This document shows positions 9,697 to 22,112 of a stretch of 64,000 bases of DNA, in pieces. The position numbers and the translations under genes were made by a program. The DNA comes from an uncultured delta proteobacterium (GTDB lineage: Bacteria; Desulfobacterota; WTBG01; CAIYCZ01; CAIRTM01): the NCBI GenBank assembly GCA_963804955.1, contig CAWDSQ010000011.1, positions 1 to 64,000 on the forward strand, read 5' to 3'. The notes beneath the pieces were generated by a model. That model searched no databases. It had not been told where the DNA came from and worked only from the letters and a program-made list of their open reading frames with translations. The stretch's first letter is position 1. Each line of letters begins with the position of its first letter.

Positions 9697-11608
9697 TCAA
9701 CCCTGCTTGCGCAGCACGCGCTTGTCGCCCAACGCGCAGGGTCAGTTTTGTCTTGTCGAAATATTCAAGCAGCGGAATCATGAATTTGCGGGACAGTCCG
9801 GTTGTTTCCTTGAAGCCCGCAAGGGTCACTTCGCCATTGTTTTTTGCAGCAAGCTCCAAGGTTTTTTTAATAAGCCCTTCAAGAGCCTGTGCCTCGAAGT
9901 AAAGCTCTTCATCAATCTTTACCAGCAGGCCTTCGCGCATCAGCAGACCCAGCATGGCCGTCACTTCTTTGGGCGGTGCTTTCAACGCGTCGCCCACCTC
10001 TTTCAGTGTGGGCGGCGTGATGCCGCCGCTGCGGTACAGGCCGAGCATGCGGCCGCGCAGGCTTTTTTCATCATCCTTCAGTACGGGCTTGTGTTCGGCC
10101 AGGGCCAGAAATTCATTGGTCACGGTGATTTTTTTACGCTTCTCCAGGCGCTCCAGCACAAAGCTGAAAAGACGGGCATCGGTTGCGCGGGGCAGGCGGG
10201 CGCGCAGTTCCTCCCGCACGGGGCCTGTCTTGAGCGGGTTCTCGCCGTGGTAGGCTTTCAGCGCGGCGGTGATGGCTGTTTCAAGCTCGGCGATGATAGC
10301 AGGCAGGGTTATCTGCAGCGGATTTGTTGCAAAAGCCGTAAGCGAGCCCCCGGCAAGCATGGCCTCAAGCTGCCTGCCAAGGGCCTCGATGCCCAGCCGG
10401 GCCTGCAGTTTCGCAAGCGAGGTGCCGCGCACACCTGCCTCACGGCAGAACAGCAGAATGGCGCTTTCCGTGTCGCCCTGCCTGAGCGTATCAAGATGGC
10501 TGCGGCTGGCATCGGTGAAGCGCTTGAGCCGCGGGGGGCTGTTGTCAAGTATTTCGCCGCCGCCGATGGTAAAGACCGGTGAGAAACTGCGAATGACATA
10601 CCGGTCGCCCGGCAGCAGCACTCCAGGTTCATCCAGTACAAACTGCACATAGCCGCCCGCCCCGGGCTCAAGCTCGTCGGCCTCCAGGAGAATGGCTGTG
10701 GCCCCTGTTTCAGCGGTGCCTGCGTGCAGGCGCACATGTTCGCGGTTTTTGAGGGGCAGGGGAGCGCTGTTCAGATGGTCGAGCCAGGCAGCCACACGGC
10801 TGGTGGGTGCAAGCATGCCGGGAGCAGCAGCAACCGAACCGCGCTGCAGAGCGGTTTTTTCTATGCCCTGCAGGTTCAGGGCGGTGCGCATGCCTGCCAG
10901 TGCGGTATCAGCCGGCAGGTTATGCACTTGAATGCCCCGGAGTTTTGCCCGAATACCCTGGGGCAGAATGTCGATTTCATCGCCGACGGCAATGGAGCCG
11001 GCCACAGGAGTGCCGGTCACCACAGTGCCGAATCCTTTCATCGTAAAGAGGCGATCAATGGGCATGCGGAAGATGCCGCCGCTGGAGCGTTCGGCAACCG
11101 AAGCAACCAGCGTTTCAAGAGCGGCAAGCAGATCAGGCAGCCCGGCGCCGGTGGCTGATGACAGGGCGATGACGGGCGCCGATTCAAGAAAGCTGCCGCG
11201 CACAAAGCTCTTGATGTCCTCGCGCACGAGGGCAAGCCAGTCCGGATCGACAAGGTCTGACTTGGTGAGCGCCACAAGGCCCTGGCGTACCGCCAGAAGC
11301 CTGCAGATATCCAGATGCTCGCGCGTCTGGGGCATGACGCCCTCATCGGCGGCAATCACCAGCATCACCGCGTCGATGCCGCCGGTGCCTGCAACCATGT
11401 TTTTAATGAATTTTTCGTGCCCGGGCACGTCGACGATCCCGACCGCCTGCCCGCCGGGCAGCACAAGGGAGGCAAACCCCAGCTCAATGGTGATGCCCCG
11501 CTGCTTTTCCTCTTTCAAGCGGTCGCAGTCAATGCCGGTAAGGGCTTTGACAAGCGATGTTTTGCCGTGATCGATATGTCCGGCGGTGCCGAGTATGATG
11601 CGCTTCAT
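9697..11608 (-). CDS. selB: Selenocysteine-specific translation elongation factor SelB
   Basis: [27 protein letters not shown] and C-terminal winged helix [14 protein letters not shown]; a 1-nt indel near 9730 hides the true end ([13 protein letters not shown]). Confidence 0.96.
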
Positions 11609-11640
11609 ATGTTTCGTGGAGATTTTTGTATTTATTATTC

Positions 11641-11739
11641 AGGCTGTAGGCTGTTAGACGAGAGGCTATAGGAAAATAAAACCGCGCCATGGTTTTTTGA
11701 TTTACCTAACAGCCTACAGCCCAAACTGCTGACAGCCTG
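11641..11739. repeat. Heptamer-like short tandem repeats in inverted arrangement
   Basis: AGGCTGTAGGCTGTTAG... / ...CCTAACAGCCTACAGCC; the same motif occurs at 2632-2672. Confidence 0.55.
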
Positions 11740-11828
11740 ATGAATCTGAATACTGTTGACAGTGACCCGGCTCATACACTATCGTCATTGCAGCACCGTG
11801 TAAAGAGTTTTCATTTTTGCAGATGCCC

Positions 11829-12567
11829 ATGGAAGAGACCCCTTCAAACTCCGAGCTGCATGAGCTGTTCGACGGCAGGCTGAAGCTGTATCAGCCTGCG
11901 CGCGGCTACCGTTTTTCTATCGACGCGCTGCTGCTTGCCGTGTTTGCCAGGGGCCGCTGCGCAGGTTCCGTGGCCGATCTGGGCACAGGCTGCGGCGTGC
12001 TGCCGCTGCTGCTTGCCCGCCGCGATGAAGTTGTGCATGTGACGGCCGTGGAGATACAGCAGGAGCTTGCCGGGCTTGCCCGCCGCAACAGCGAGCTCAA
12101 TGGCTGCTCAGAAAAAATTACCGTGCTGTGCGGGGATGTGCGCGCCATAGGAAAGATGGCCCCGCCTGAGAGCTTTGACGCCGTTGTCACCAATCCGCCA
12201 TTTTACCCCGTCGCTTCAGGCCGCATCAACCCGATGGCTCAGAAAGCCGCAGCCCGGCATGAGGTGCATGGCTCACTGGATGACTTTCATTGCGGCAGGC
12301 TCGTATCTTTTGAAGCGGGGCGGCAGATGCATGGTCGTCTACAGCGCATCCCGGCTTGCCGACCTGCTTGTCGGCCTGAGAAAGAAAAGCCTGGAGCCCA
12401 AAACGCTTCAGTTCGTGCATGCCCGCAGCGATGAGCCTGCAGCCATGGTGCTTGCCGAGGCGGTGAAGGGTGCGGGGGCTGAGATGAAAATAGAGCCGCC
12501 ACTGGTGCTGTATGAATCGCGGGGAGTGTATTCCGGGCAGGCGCAGACGCTGTTTGCGTCTCTGTGA
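11829..12567 (+). CDS. tRNA1(Val) adenine(37)-N6 methyltransferase family (frameshift near 12287)
   Basis: QPARGYRFSIDALLLA, DLGTGCG, NPPF, AAARHE; second frame gives LEPKTLQFVH, PPLVLY. Confidence 0.88.
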
Positions 12568-12596
12568 CAGCGCCGGGGCAGGGCGGACGGTTCGTG

Positions 12597-13584
12597 TCAG
12601 TCTTTGAACAGAGTCAATATTTCGTCGATTTCATTCTGCGTTTTTAATTCAGGCTCCGGCATGCCGATGGAGGTCATGCAGATGTCCAGGCGCTGCTCAA
12701 GCATGGGGAGCTTGCCCTCGGCGGCATTGATGGTGTCTATGCTGGTGAAGCATTCCGCGAGCACGGCTACCACCAGGTTCAGGTTGGTGATGATCAGGCG
12801 GATGGTCATGTTTTTGATTTCAGCGCAGCCCGTTGCCAGGAGCGAGGTTCTGCGGGACAGCTGGGAGAACTGCTCAAACCCCATGGATGCGGCGCCGCCG
12901 ATGAGCCGGTTGAGCTTTTGCGCAAACTCGACAAGCTTGGCCGATTCCTGCGCATTGGGTATTCCGACGGACTTGAGCTGCTCGCCGATCAGTTTCAGGT
13001 CGGACAGCAGCATGGTTGATTCATCAATAAAAAACCTGAGCGCTTCATCATGCAGCGTTGTCATCGTCGGCTCCGGCACCGGCGCCTGCTCGATCTCGGG
13101 GGGGCTCAGATCATACTCGCCCTCATCATCATTAAACAAATCGTCAAATGACAGCACCACGCTTCCCGGCTCGGGCGGTATAAACGCCGGTGGCTTGCCG
13201 GCAGCCTCTTCAGCCGGCAGGCGCTCCAGCATGAGCCGCGTGGTCTGGTCGATCTGTCCGGCCATGGACTTCATCATCTGATCGATCATCTGGGGCCGGT
13301 TATAGATTATTTCGTAAATAAGGCTGCTGTGGTAGGAGGCGATGCGCGCTTTGGTCTGGGCCGTCGCGCAGAAGTCATAGGGCTTGTTCATGATAATAAA
13401 ACTCTATGCCGAAGATATCGCCTTCCTTGAGCGTGCGCAGCAGAATGCCGTTCTGCGCAATATCAACGCGTCCATGCAGTATAACGAAAAACCGTTCCTG
13501 TGAAGCCCCCGCATCAATAATCTGATCATGGGGGTTGTATTCACCGATGATGACCTTCTGAACGCTGTAGTCAATCTGTTGCAT
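12597..13584 (-). CDS. cNMP-binding domain + HPt-like domain protein (frameshift near 13392)
   Basis: FFVILHGRVDI...LKEGDIFG cNMP barrel; KLNRLIGGAASMGF HPt-like helix; tail TQNEIDEIL. Confidence 0.7.
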
Positions 13585-14090
13585 ACTTGTGCTCCGTATT
13601 GCAGCAGGGAATTAACGATTCGATGATTTTAAAAGCCTGCACTTGAATAGTATTTTAATTTTTATTTGATTATATAGCAAATTTTTTTATCTCACTAGAG
13701 AAAAAACCCTTCGCATAAAAAAATATACGAGAGCGGAATTGTTGTTTATGTATTGCCGCATTCGAGCCTATCCCCTGAAGAGGCCGGCATCGTTTTTATC
13801 GCCTCTGTGTTTATATAATATGGAAGCCGGTGTTTATGGGGAACCAGAGGGTGGCTTGACCTCAAATAAGCTCAACTAAACCGTAAGGCTCATGATCTTG
13901 TCGTCCTTGTGCAGTGAATAGTTCAGACAGAATGAAGGGCATGCCTGTATGGTCTGAAAGTTGCCGGCCAGTCGAGTCCGGCCATTCGTCAGCCTAAATT
14001 TGCTTTTTATGAATCAATGCGTTATATAAGTATTAAAGTAAAATCTGAGAGCTTAAAGAAAAATATGCTGTATATAAAAATGGAGGATGT

Positions 14091-16261
14091 ATGAAGAAAA
14101 ATAATATTGTTTTTATACTTTCCCTGCTGGCGGTTATGTTCGCGCAGGCTTCCTATGCCGCCACTGATAAGGTAGCAGTTCTGATTACCGGCTGGGGTAT
14201 CCCGGTGGGATATAATTTCGACTATGCCTGGACCACAAGCGATTATCCCCGCATCGGCGATAAAACGGAAACCGAAAATCAGGCCTGTAAAATCGGCCAT
14301 GTGGGCGAGTTTCCGTATCAGTCCCATATCAATATGATTCCCTGGGCCATTACCTACCTGACTCCGGATTTCGGTTCTGAATGGTATGACTATCACGGCA
14401 TTTATAAAAAAGAAGGAAATAAATATATAAGTCCTGCCGTTAATCTCGATCCAGCCTTAAAGAAGCCGGAGTATCTGATCGAGATAGAGGATAACGATAG
14501 CCTGCTTGATAATGCCACCATCACCCCGCTCAGGGAAGTCAAGGACCAGTATGGCGTGCTCACCTATCCGCTCGACCCGCGTGACAACACGACGGATTAT
14601 CTTGACGGCTGGTACCGCATCGGGAGCTTTGCCAACCAGTTTCCCAACGGCATGCACGACCTCGTGGAGTCGGGCCCGCCGCTGTACATGTGGCTTTCCG
14701 GCATTTTCGGCACACCCACTGAAGGCGACGAGGGAAGTGCTCCGCCGCCTGCGGTCGCGGCCCAGGACGAGTATCTCAAAACCCTTATGGAAAATGCTTT
14801 CGGCGACAGGGTCGATATGCGCTTCGGTTATTATACGGCCATGGAGGGCTCTGCCACGCCGGAGCAGTACAAGACGAAAATGGAAGATGATGTGGCAGAG
14901 GAGTTTGCCACTGAAGGGTTCCGCAAAATGATCATCGCCCGGGAAACCACGGACCATAACCGGTATGCCAATGAGTTTATGAGCGGCAACTATGTGAAGG
15001 AGCGGCTCTGCGAGCTTGATGTTTTGGATGACATGGAAATATACCAGTCTCGCCAGGTCGGCCGCACGCCCGAGTTCAATGCCATGAATATTAAAAATCT
15101 CAGGCCATTTATTGAGAAATACGCCGAGGGCAGTACGATCGCCATGGTGTATGTCACGCGGGGCCTCACCTGGGGCAAGGCGGAGACAACCGGCAACGGT
15201 TTCGGCGCGGCCCATCCCTGGAGCAAGGAAGTGTATCATGAGAACGCCTATCTGAACTACCTGTCGTGGAAAAAAGCCCTGCAAGAAGGAATTCGGCGAG
15301 CCGGTATCATCTTGTTTTTACAAAAAATGACAGTGACAGCGACAGCCGGACCGACAATTTTTACACCTATGGCCTGTCGACCGATGTCGATCTGAAGGGC
15401 TATAGCAATGAGGGAGGCCAGAAGGTCTATTATGGTCTTCGCGATGCACTCGACATGGCAAAGGCAGGCGGCTATGACAAAATCATCGTCGCGCCCTGCC
15501 ACTGGAATTTCGACAATCTTGACACGGCCATCCGCATGAAGCAGCTTGCCAAGCTGCCGCTGACGCCCAAGACGCTCATGGACAACGGGACCTTCGAGCA
15601 CACGAGCTGCGAAAACGCAGCCGGCAGGGAAGTGGACTGTGATAATGAAACGGCAACTGCTGAAATTACCGTCGCCCCCTCCTACAGCAAGCTGCCCGAG
15701 GAGTTCTCGACAGCCTATTTCGTTATGCTGCGGGGAGCTCTGGAGCGTTTCGGCCTGTACCCGCAGGATGAAAAAATCTTTCGCGCCGCATCCCGGCGCA
15801 TTACCAAGCTAAAGGGCGGCAGGCTGTGGGTGCTGAACCCTCTCAGCCCCGCTTTCAGGTCTTCTATCGCTATTCCGGCTGATCCGTATCCGACCCGGCC
15901 TGATGAGTTCTCGCCTGATAATGCAACGGCGATGAATGACCCTGCAGACACCAATGACTGCATGTGGGAAGACATGAAGATGAATATCTCCTGGCGGCAG
16001 AATCCTCCGGACATGCAGGCGGGCGTCAGGGCGATCGGGCCGGCGGTGCATTTCGGGCCGTACCGCACGGTGTTTAACCGCGATGTCACGGTACGGATAC
16101 CCTACAGGTTTTTTGCAGCCCTGGGCAAAGAGGTTACAGCCTATATGTATAACCATGTCACCGGGCAGTGGGACGCCCTTGAGGCTGAGAAGGCTGCAGG
16201 CGGCATGCTGGAATTTAAAACCAAGGTGCTGGGCCTGTTCCGGGCAGGTATAGCCGAGTAG
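14091..16261 (+). CDS. Secreted protein with a ferrochelatase-like fold and a C-terminal ZU5-like beta domain (frameshift near 15290)
   Basis: Signal peptide ASYA; VAVLITGWG, MVYVTRGL and KIIVAPCHWNFDNLDT; C-terminal GPAVHFGPYRTVFNRDVTVRIPY. Confidence 0.6.
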
Positions 16262-16423
16262 CGGAAGCCCTGTTCTGTTTGCGACGTTAAAGCCGCAAAG
16301 AAGCCCCGTGCTTTTTTGCGGCTTTTTTTATTAAAGACTAACTTTCTTGCCCTTTCCTGTGGTAAGAGAAAAAAGATATGAGTGAACTGGAATACCCCCG
16401 CAACCACTTAAGGAGCTGCCACT

Positions 16424-16558
16424 ATGTTTCCCTATGACTCGCTGCGTGACTATGCCCTGGCCCTGGAGGCCCGGGGCAAGCTGAAACGGATTAAGGAAAT
16501 GGATCAGGATGCCTATGAGATGACGGCATTTGCCTACCGTCTTCGCGCTGGTGGATAA
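16424..16558 (+). pseudogene. N-terminal remnant of a UbiD-family decarboxylase
   Basis: AAGGAG RBS then MFPYDSLRDYALALEARGKLKRIKEMDQDAYEMTAFAYRL; truncated; absent from the ORF track. Confidence 0.6.
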
Positions 16559-16620
16559 AAAATGGGCAACCTGTTAACATGCTATAATAATAGTAAACAT
16601 ACTATGGAAGGAGCACAGCA

Positions 16621-18436
16621 ATGAAGACATACGGGAAGAAACTATATCGGTGCATGGGAATACTGTGTCTTGCTGCGCTCGTCTGCACACTGGCGGCAGG
16701 ATGCACAAGAGATTTGCGTGTTTATGAAACCGTCACGGGCGACGACGGCTCGAAATGGGAGCAGGTGAGCAAGCCCGGTTTTGGCAACAAGAATAACGGG
16801 AGCATCGTCTCCATGGCAGAGTTTCAGGACAGCTTGTATGCCGTCACCAGAAACGATGTGAGCGGATTTGAGCTGTGGCGCACCAGGTTTGGGCGCTGGG
16901 ATAAGGTGAGGATTCCGGGCTTTACGGACAGTGTGTTTCATGACTTGATGATTAATGTCTGGTCTGATCTGATTGTTTTTCAGGATAAGCTCTATGTTGC
17001 CGTTTCCTCCGGCTATCAGGGTTCAAAGCTCTATAAAAGCGTCGGATTTGAAATCTGGCGCTTTGACGGCAAAAATTGGGAGCCTGTCATATCCCATGCC
17101 GCAGGCGCGCAGATTGAAGGAAGAATAAGCGCCATAGCAAGCTGTGCAGCCGGTGACGGCTCTTCAACAGCGGAATTTACGGATTCGGATGCCAGCTGGA
17201 CAGTCGATCAGTACAAGGGCGGCATACTCTGGATTACCTCAGGAGAGGGCAAGGGCCGCGCTTTTGATATTGTCGGAAATACAGCAAACACCCTAACCGT
17301 TCAGCAGAATGAAGCCGCCGGCACGGCCGAGGATACGGTTTGCGACAACCAGACCTTCACCGCAGATCCGCCGTTCCCGCCCTATACCGTGGGGACGATT
17401 GAAACAAGGGATGAATATAAAATTACTAAAGGCGTGACCGCAAACGGCTTCGGCGAGCTGTGGAACAAGAGCATTGTCGATCTTGAAATCTACAAAAACG
17501 AACTCTATGCCTCTGTCGGTTTCAATTATGAAAAGGGCGCCCGCGTCTGGAAATCCGTAGACGGCATGAGCTGGGAACCGTCGTCAGACTACAGCATGGG
17601 CTCCTCTCATGGCTATGACCCTCAGGGAAATCCTTCCGGCGTGTGCCTTATTCCCGGTTTGGAATCCCGCAATGGCCAGCCGGTATCATCAAGTCTTCCG
17701 CGGTTCGGGAAATTCACTGTGGGCGGTGAGGAAATCATGGTTATCGGCGGAACCGGGACCGGCGGCTGCAATGGCAGGGGCGTGCGTATTTTCCGCCTGT
17801 ATGATGCCGAAGGCTGGAAGGCTATTGTGGACTATTTTGTCGATGCTAATGACAACGGCACCAATGAAAACGGCATCGGCGACGATGGGAGCGCGTCAGG
17901 AGGTTTTACCTCTTCGAATTTCCAGGCCTGGAGCTGGGCAGTGTATGATGGCAAACTTTTTACCGGCATGGGCCGGCTTGTCGGCGGCCGCATTCTGTAC
18001 ACACCCAATGCTGATCCGGCAGACGGCAACTGGCAGTATGCCGTGGGCGGCGATTCGGACAAGCCTGGAGGGGCTTGGCTATAATCCAAATATCGTTTTT
18101 AATATTTTTGCCCTGGACAACACGACGCTTGTTGCGGGTACGATAGAGGAAGAAAGCTTTACCAGCGCAGACGTTATTGCCGCACAGCGCGGCGCTGATA
18201 TCTGGTGGGCGACCGGTCCTGCCGGCAGCCTGACCTGGACCCAGGTAACCAGGGATGCTTTTGGTGATGCAACCATAGTTCAGTTTGAATCTCCCCGAAA
18301 GTTTTTCAGCGATCAGTTCTATATCGCAGCGTCAAGCTTCGGGCCGTCAACACCTTTGCCTGCAACGCCAATCTATGGCGCTCGCGAAGGCTATACCGGC
18401 GCTAAAGTATACCGCCTGGCATCTGAATTGAAATAA
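16621..18436 (+). CDS. Lipoprotein, probable beta-propeller (frameshift near 18070)
   Basis: Lipobox LAAGC; repeated blades FQDSLYA, FQDKLYV, YKNELYA, YDGKLFT with W..V...GFG motifs. Confidence 0.7.
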
Positions 18437-18451
18437 GACTGCGCCAGCGAT

Positions 18452-18483
18452 AAAAAAGGCCTGCACAGTGCGGGCCTTTTTTA
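18452..18483 (+). terminator. Rho-independent (bidirectional-type) terminator
   Basis: AAAAAAGGCCTGCACAGTGCGGGCCTTTTTT. Confidence 0.8.
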
Positions 18484-18639
18484 TGTGCTGCGGTAAACGC
18501 TGCATCGGAGCAGCCCGTCTGTTGTTTCTTCGGTTCCCGCATAATACGGTTTTGCGGCTTGATTTTATAAAGCTTTCTGTTACTTATAGTAGTAAACTAT
18601 TTATGCTCCAACGTATTCACCTTCTAAAGGACTATGTGT

Positions 18640-20507
18640 ATGCATACAGGCTATATGGGCACTATTCTGCGGGTAAACCTGTCAACCGGCGCGATAAAGC
18701 GTGAAGAGCTTTCTGATGAACTGAAGCGCCGGTTTATCGGCGGCAGGGGCTTTGGCGCAAAGATTTTTTTTGATGAAATCAAGCCCGGCACAGATCCGCT
18801 CTCGCCTGACAATAAGCTTATATTCCAGTGCGGGCCCCTTGCGGGCACGGGCGCCCAGTCATGCAGCCGCTGGATTGTGACAACCAAATCGCCCCTCACC
18901 GGCGGCTATTTCCGATCATGCGCCGGCGGGCCTTTCGGTGCTGAAGTGAAATCCGCAGGCTACGATATGCTGATTGTCGAGGGGCGGGCTGCCGAGCCTG
19001 TCTATATCCGGATAGATGATGAGAAAGTCGAAATCCGCGATGCGGCGCATCTGCGCGGCAAGCTCACGCAGGAAACCTCTGCTGCTATCCGCGCAGAGCT
19101 TGGCGACAACCGGATCAAGGCTGCGGTCATCGGTCCGGCAGGCGAAAAGCTGGTGCGTTTTGCCGCTATTGTTGATGAGCGACGCACCGCAAGCACGGGG
19201 AGGCGTCGGCGCCGTGATGGGCTCAAAAAACCTCAAGGCCGTTGCCGTGCGCGGCGTCGCAGCATCCGCAGATCGCCGACAAAGCCGGGCTCATGGAAAT
19301 TAGTAAAAAAGCAAATGGAGCGGGTAAAAACCGATCCGCGGCTGCAGGGCTTCCGCAAGCTCGGCACGGCGGCGGCAGTCGGCTTCTGCCATCAAATGGG
19401 CATTTATCCGGTGCGCAATTTTCAGGCCGGGGTCATGGCCGGGGTCGACGGCAATCTCACGGCAGCGAAATTCGACGAGCTTTTCCAGCGCGATGCCTAC
19501 TGCAAGAGCTGCCCGATCCACTGCGGCGGTATTTATAAAGTGCCCCCGGGCCCGTTCAGCGGCGAGCCGTGCGAAGGGCCGGAATATGAAACCCTCTATT
19601 CCTTCGGAGGCGAAATCGGCAACAGCGATCCGGCCCTGGTGCTTGAGGCCAATCGCCTGTGCGATGACTATGGCGTCGACACGATGACCGCGGGCGCCAC
19701 CATCGGCTTTGCCATGGAATGCTATGAAAAAGGCATTCTTTCCAAAAATGACCTTGACGGCATCGAGCTTACCTGGGGCAATCAGGCAGCCATCATGGCG
19801 CTGCTGAAAAAAATGGTGCGCAGGGAAGGAGCCGGCGACCTGCTTGCTGAAGGATCGCGAATTGCAGCACAAAAAATCGGCAAAGGCGCAGAGCGCTACT
19901 GCCATACAGGTAAAAGGGCTCGAGCTTGCCGGCTATGATCCCCGGGGGCTCAAAGGCCTTGGCCTGAATTATGCCACGGCCCCGCTGGGCGCAAGCCACT
20001 GCGTGGGACAGTGCCCGCAGGAGGTGATGGGTACAGGCCCGAATGACCGGTTCGCCTATGCGGGCAAGGGCGCCATGTGCATGATGAATCAGGATAAGGT
20101 AGCGGCATTTGAAACCGGCATAGTCTGCATTTTTCCCATGCAGTTCCATTTGATAGATTTTGCAGGCCTTGCCGCGATGCTGCAGGCTGCAACCGGCATT
20201 GAGGAGTTCGGGGATGAAAATTATTTAAAACTGGCCGGCGAGCGCATTTGGAATCTGGAGCGGGCATGCAATCTGCCGGGAGGGCTTTACGCGGGCCGAT
20301 GACAGCCTTCCTGCGCGATTCCTGGAAGAGACGCATCCGGAAGGGCCGCTTATGGGCAGCACGGTTGAGCTTGAGGCCATGCTTGATGAGTATTACAGCG
20401 TTCGGGGCTGGGACAAAGAAACCGGCTGCCCTACGCGGGCAAAGCTTGAGATGCTTGACTTGAAAGATATTGCCGACGAGCTTGCCCGCTGCGGCAAGCT
20501 GGATTAA
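18640..20507 (+). CDS. Aldehyde:ferredoxin oxidoreductase family (W/Mo), several indels
   Basis: GYMGTILRVNLSTG, FIGGRG, KSPLTG, GAVMGSKNLKAVAV, C..CPIHC, EGPEYET, GVDTMTAG, YYSVRGWD. Confidence 0.92.
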
Positions 20508-20535
20508 TATTTATATTTCACAATGGAGGATCTTC

Positions 20536-21149
20536 ATGCTGACACAGAAAAAAGAACATCCCGGCGCCTGAACTTGAACAGGAGATCATAGACTTTCTCA
20601 TGGCCCGGGCCACGCACAGCGGGGGCGCGCACAGCAGCCCGGGGTGCAACCTGCGCCATGGCAAGGCCTGCGTGCTTGCCACCTGCCATGACAATATACC
20701 GCGCGCAACACCCGTTGATTTTTTTTGCGACGGCACGCTTGCAATCTGGATCAGCGCCGAGCCGGGAGGCAAGATCGCCAATATCATGCGCAACCAGCAG
20801 GTGGCCGCAGGCATCTATGACCCCGTTGATCACAGCATTGAGCAGAAGAGCATGCAGATCTGGGGTACTGCCGAGCTGATGAATCTGAAAAATAATCCCG
20901 GGCTGTTCATGGCAAAGATGCGCAGTTCGGCCTCGATGAAGCCATGGCAGGCATTATCGAGGAAATGGCGGTAAGGGGGATAGTGCCTCCGGTGCTCTTC
21001 CCGAAACAACAGAAAAAATCCAGAAGATGATCAACTTTATAAAAATAACGCCGGCAAAAGTATCGCTCCTGCATATGAAACCCGGCGGCCTGCCGGTAAA
21101 GAAAATATGGGAAAACGGCACGGCAACCGAGCAAATCGGCATGGTATAA
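20536..21149 (+). CDS. Pyridoxamine 5'-phosphate oxidase-like (split barrel) protein, frameshift near 20920
   Basis: CVLATCHDNIPRATPVDF, GGKIANIMRNQQV, IKITP. Confidence 0.75.
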
Positions 21150-21167
21150 TGTTGCGGAGGAATCAGC

Positions 21168-21909
21168 ATGGACAATGAGCTGTTTGTAAAAAATTATCTC
21201 CATCCGTCCCTGGACGGCCTTGACCGGCAGTTCACCCTGCCCCTGCCCGATGATGAAAGCCTTGAAAAAACCGGCGAATTCATTGTTCAGAGCCATTGCC
21301 CGTCGACCTACTCCACCAATGTCATCACGCGCTATGAGCGCCCCGATGACGGCATCCGGCTGGTGGAGGTCTATAAAAGCAGCCAGAACATGGACAGCGG
21401 CACGTTCGTGCGGCTTGTGGGCACCATGGCCCTGGTAAAGAGGGGCTATCCGTTTCTTTTTCTTGATGCCGCGGTTACCAACATAAACATGCAGACCGGC
21501 GAGGCTGCAGACCTGACCACCCGCATTGCCATCCACATGCCGCAGGCAACAGACAGCGGCAGGGCGGCGCTTATGGAAAACCTGTCCCGGCAGGCAGATG
21601 AGGCAGCGCTGCCCTGGGGCACGGTGAAGATCGAGCGCCCTGCCCCCCTTCTGGGGGCCGCTGTGGCATGTGCGCATGGAGGGTGTTGCCCTTGACGCGA
21701 TAGAGCAGCTTCGTTTGTTTGCCTGGAAGGCCTATCATGACTTTTGCGCAGCCGCTCCTCCGGCGGAAAGCTTTGATTACCTGCCCGTGCAGGTGCAGAT
21801 GATACTGAAAAATTCAAAGGCCGAGCAGGGGCAGTTTCTGCGCATGGGCCTTCATGTGCCCGTTGAGGTGCAGGCCGCTTTTTTCAGCGTGCTGTGCGCG
21901 GGTGTTTAG
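21168..21909 (+). CDS. Hypothetical protein (frameshifted near 21630-21690)
   Basis: GGAGG RBS; two consecutive ORFs forming one coding region. Confidence 0.6.
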
Positions 21910-22068
21910 CAGGCAGTTGAAAAACGCCCATCTGTCCCGCTGGAGCGGGATTGCGCTCATCATGCTTCACTGCGGCGTACGATAAGTACGCCTCATTACG
22001 CATGATTGCCTGCAAGCAGGTGTCAGAGACAACACGCGCCTTGCATCTGAGCATTTTTGAACAGCCTG
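21910..22068. mobile_element. MITE family B, copy 2 (opposite orientation to copy 1)
   Basis: CAGGCAGTTGAAAAACGCCCATCTG...GCATCTGAGCATTTTTGAACAGCCTG, directly after a TAG stop. Confidence 0.8.
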
Positions 22069-22112
22069 TATGCAGGAAATCTTAAATAAATAACATTCAA
22101 TAAGGAGCCATC

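Noticed and set aside
9650..11671. Long antisense ORFs over selB (and similar ones over other GC-rich genes)
   Set aside because: Shadow ORFs with no motifs, opposite well-supported genes
9306..11800. selA, selD, tRNA-Sec or selenoprotein genes near selB
   Set aside because: None recognised; the TGA-terminated split ORFs I examined (e.g. 5081, 24477) resume in a different frame, indicating indels rather than Sec readthrough
13700..14020. Possible ncRNA in a long intergenic region
   Set aside because: Only a short GCCGG/CCGGC hairpin; no recognisable family or extended structure
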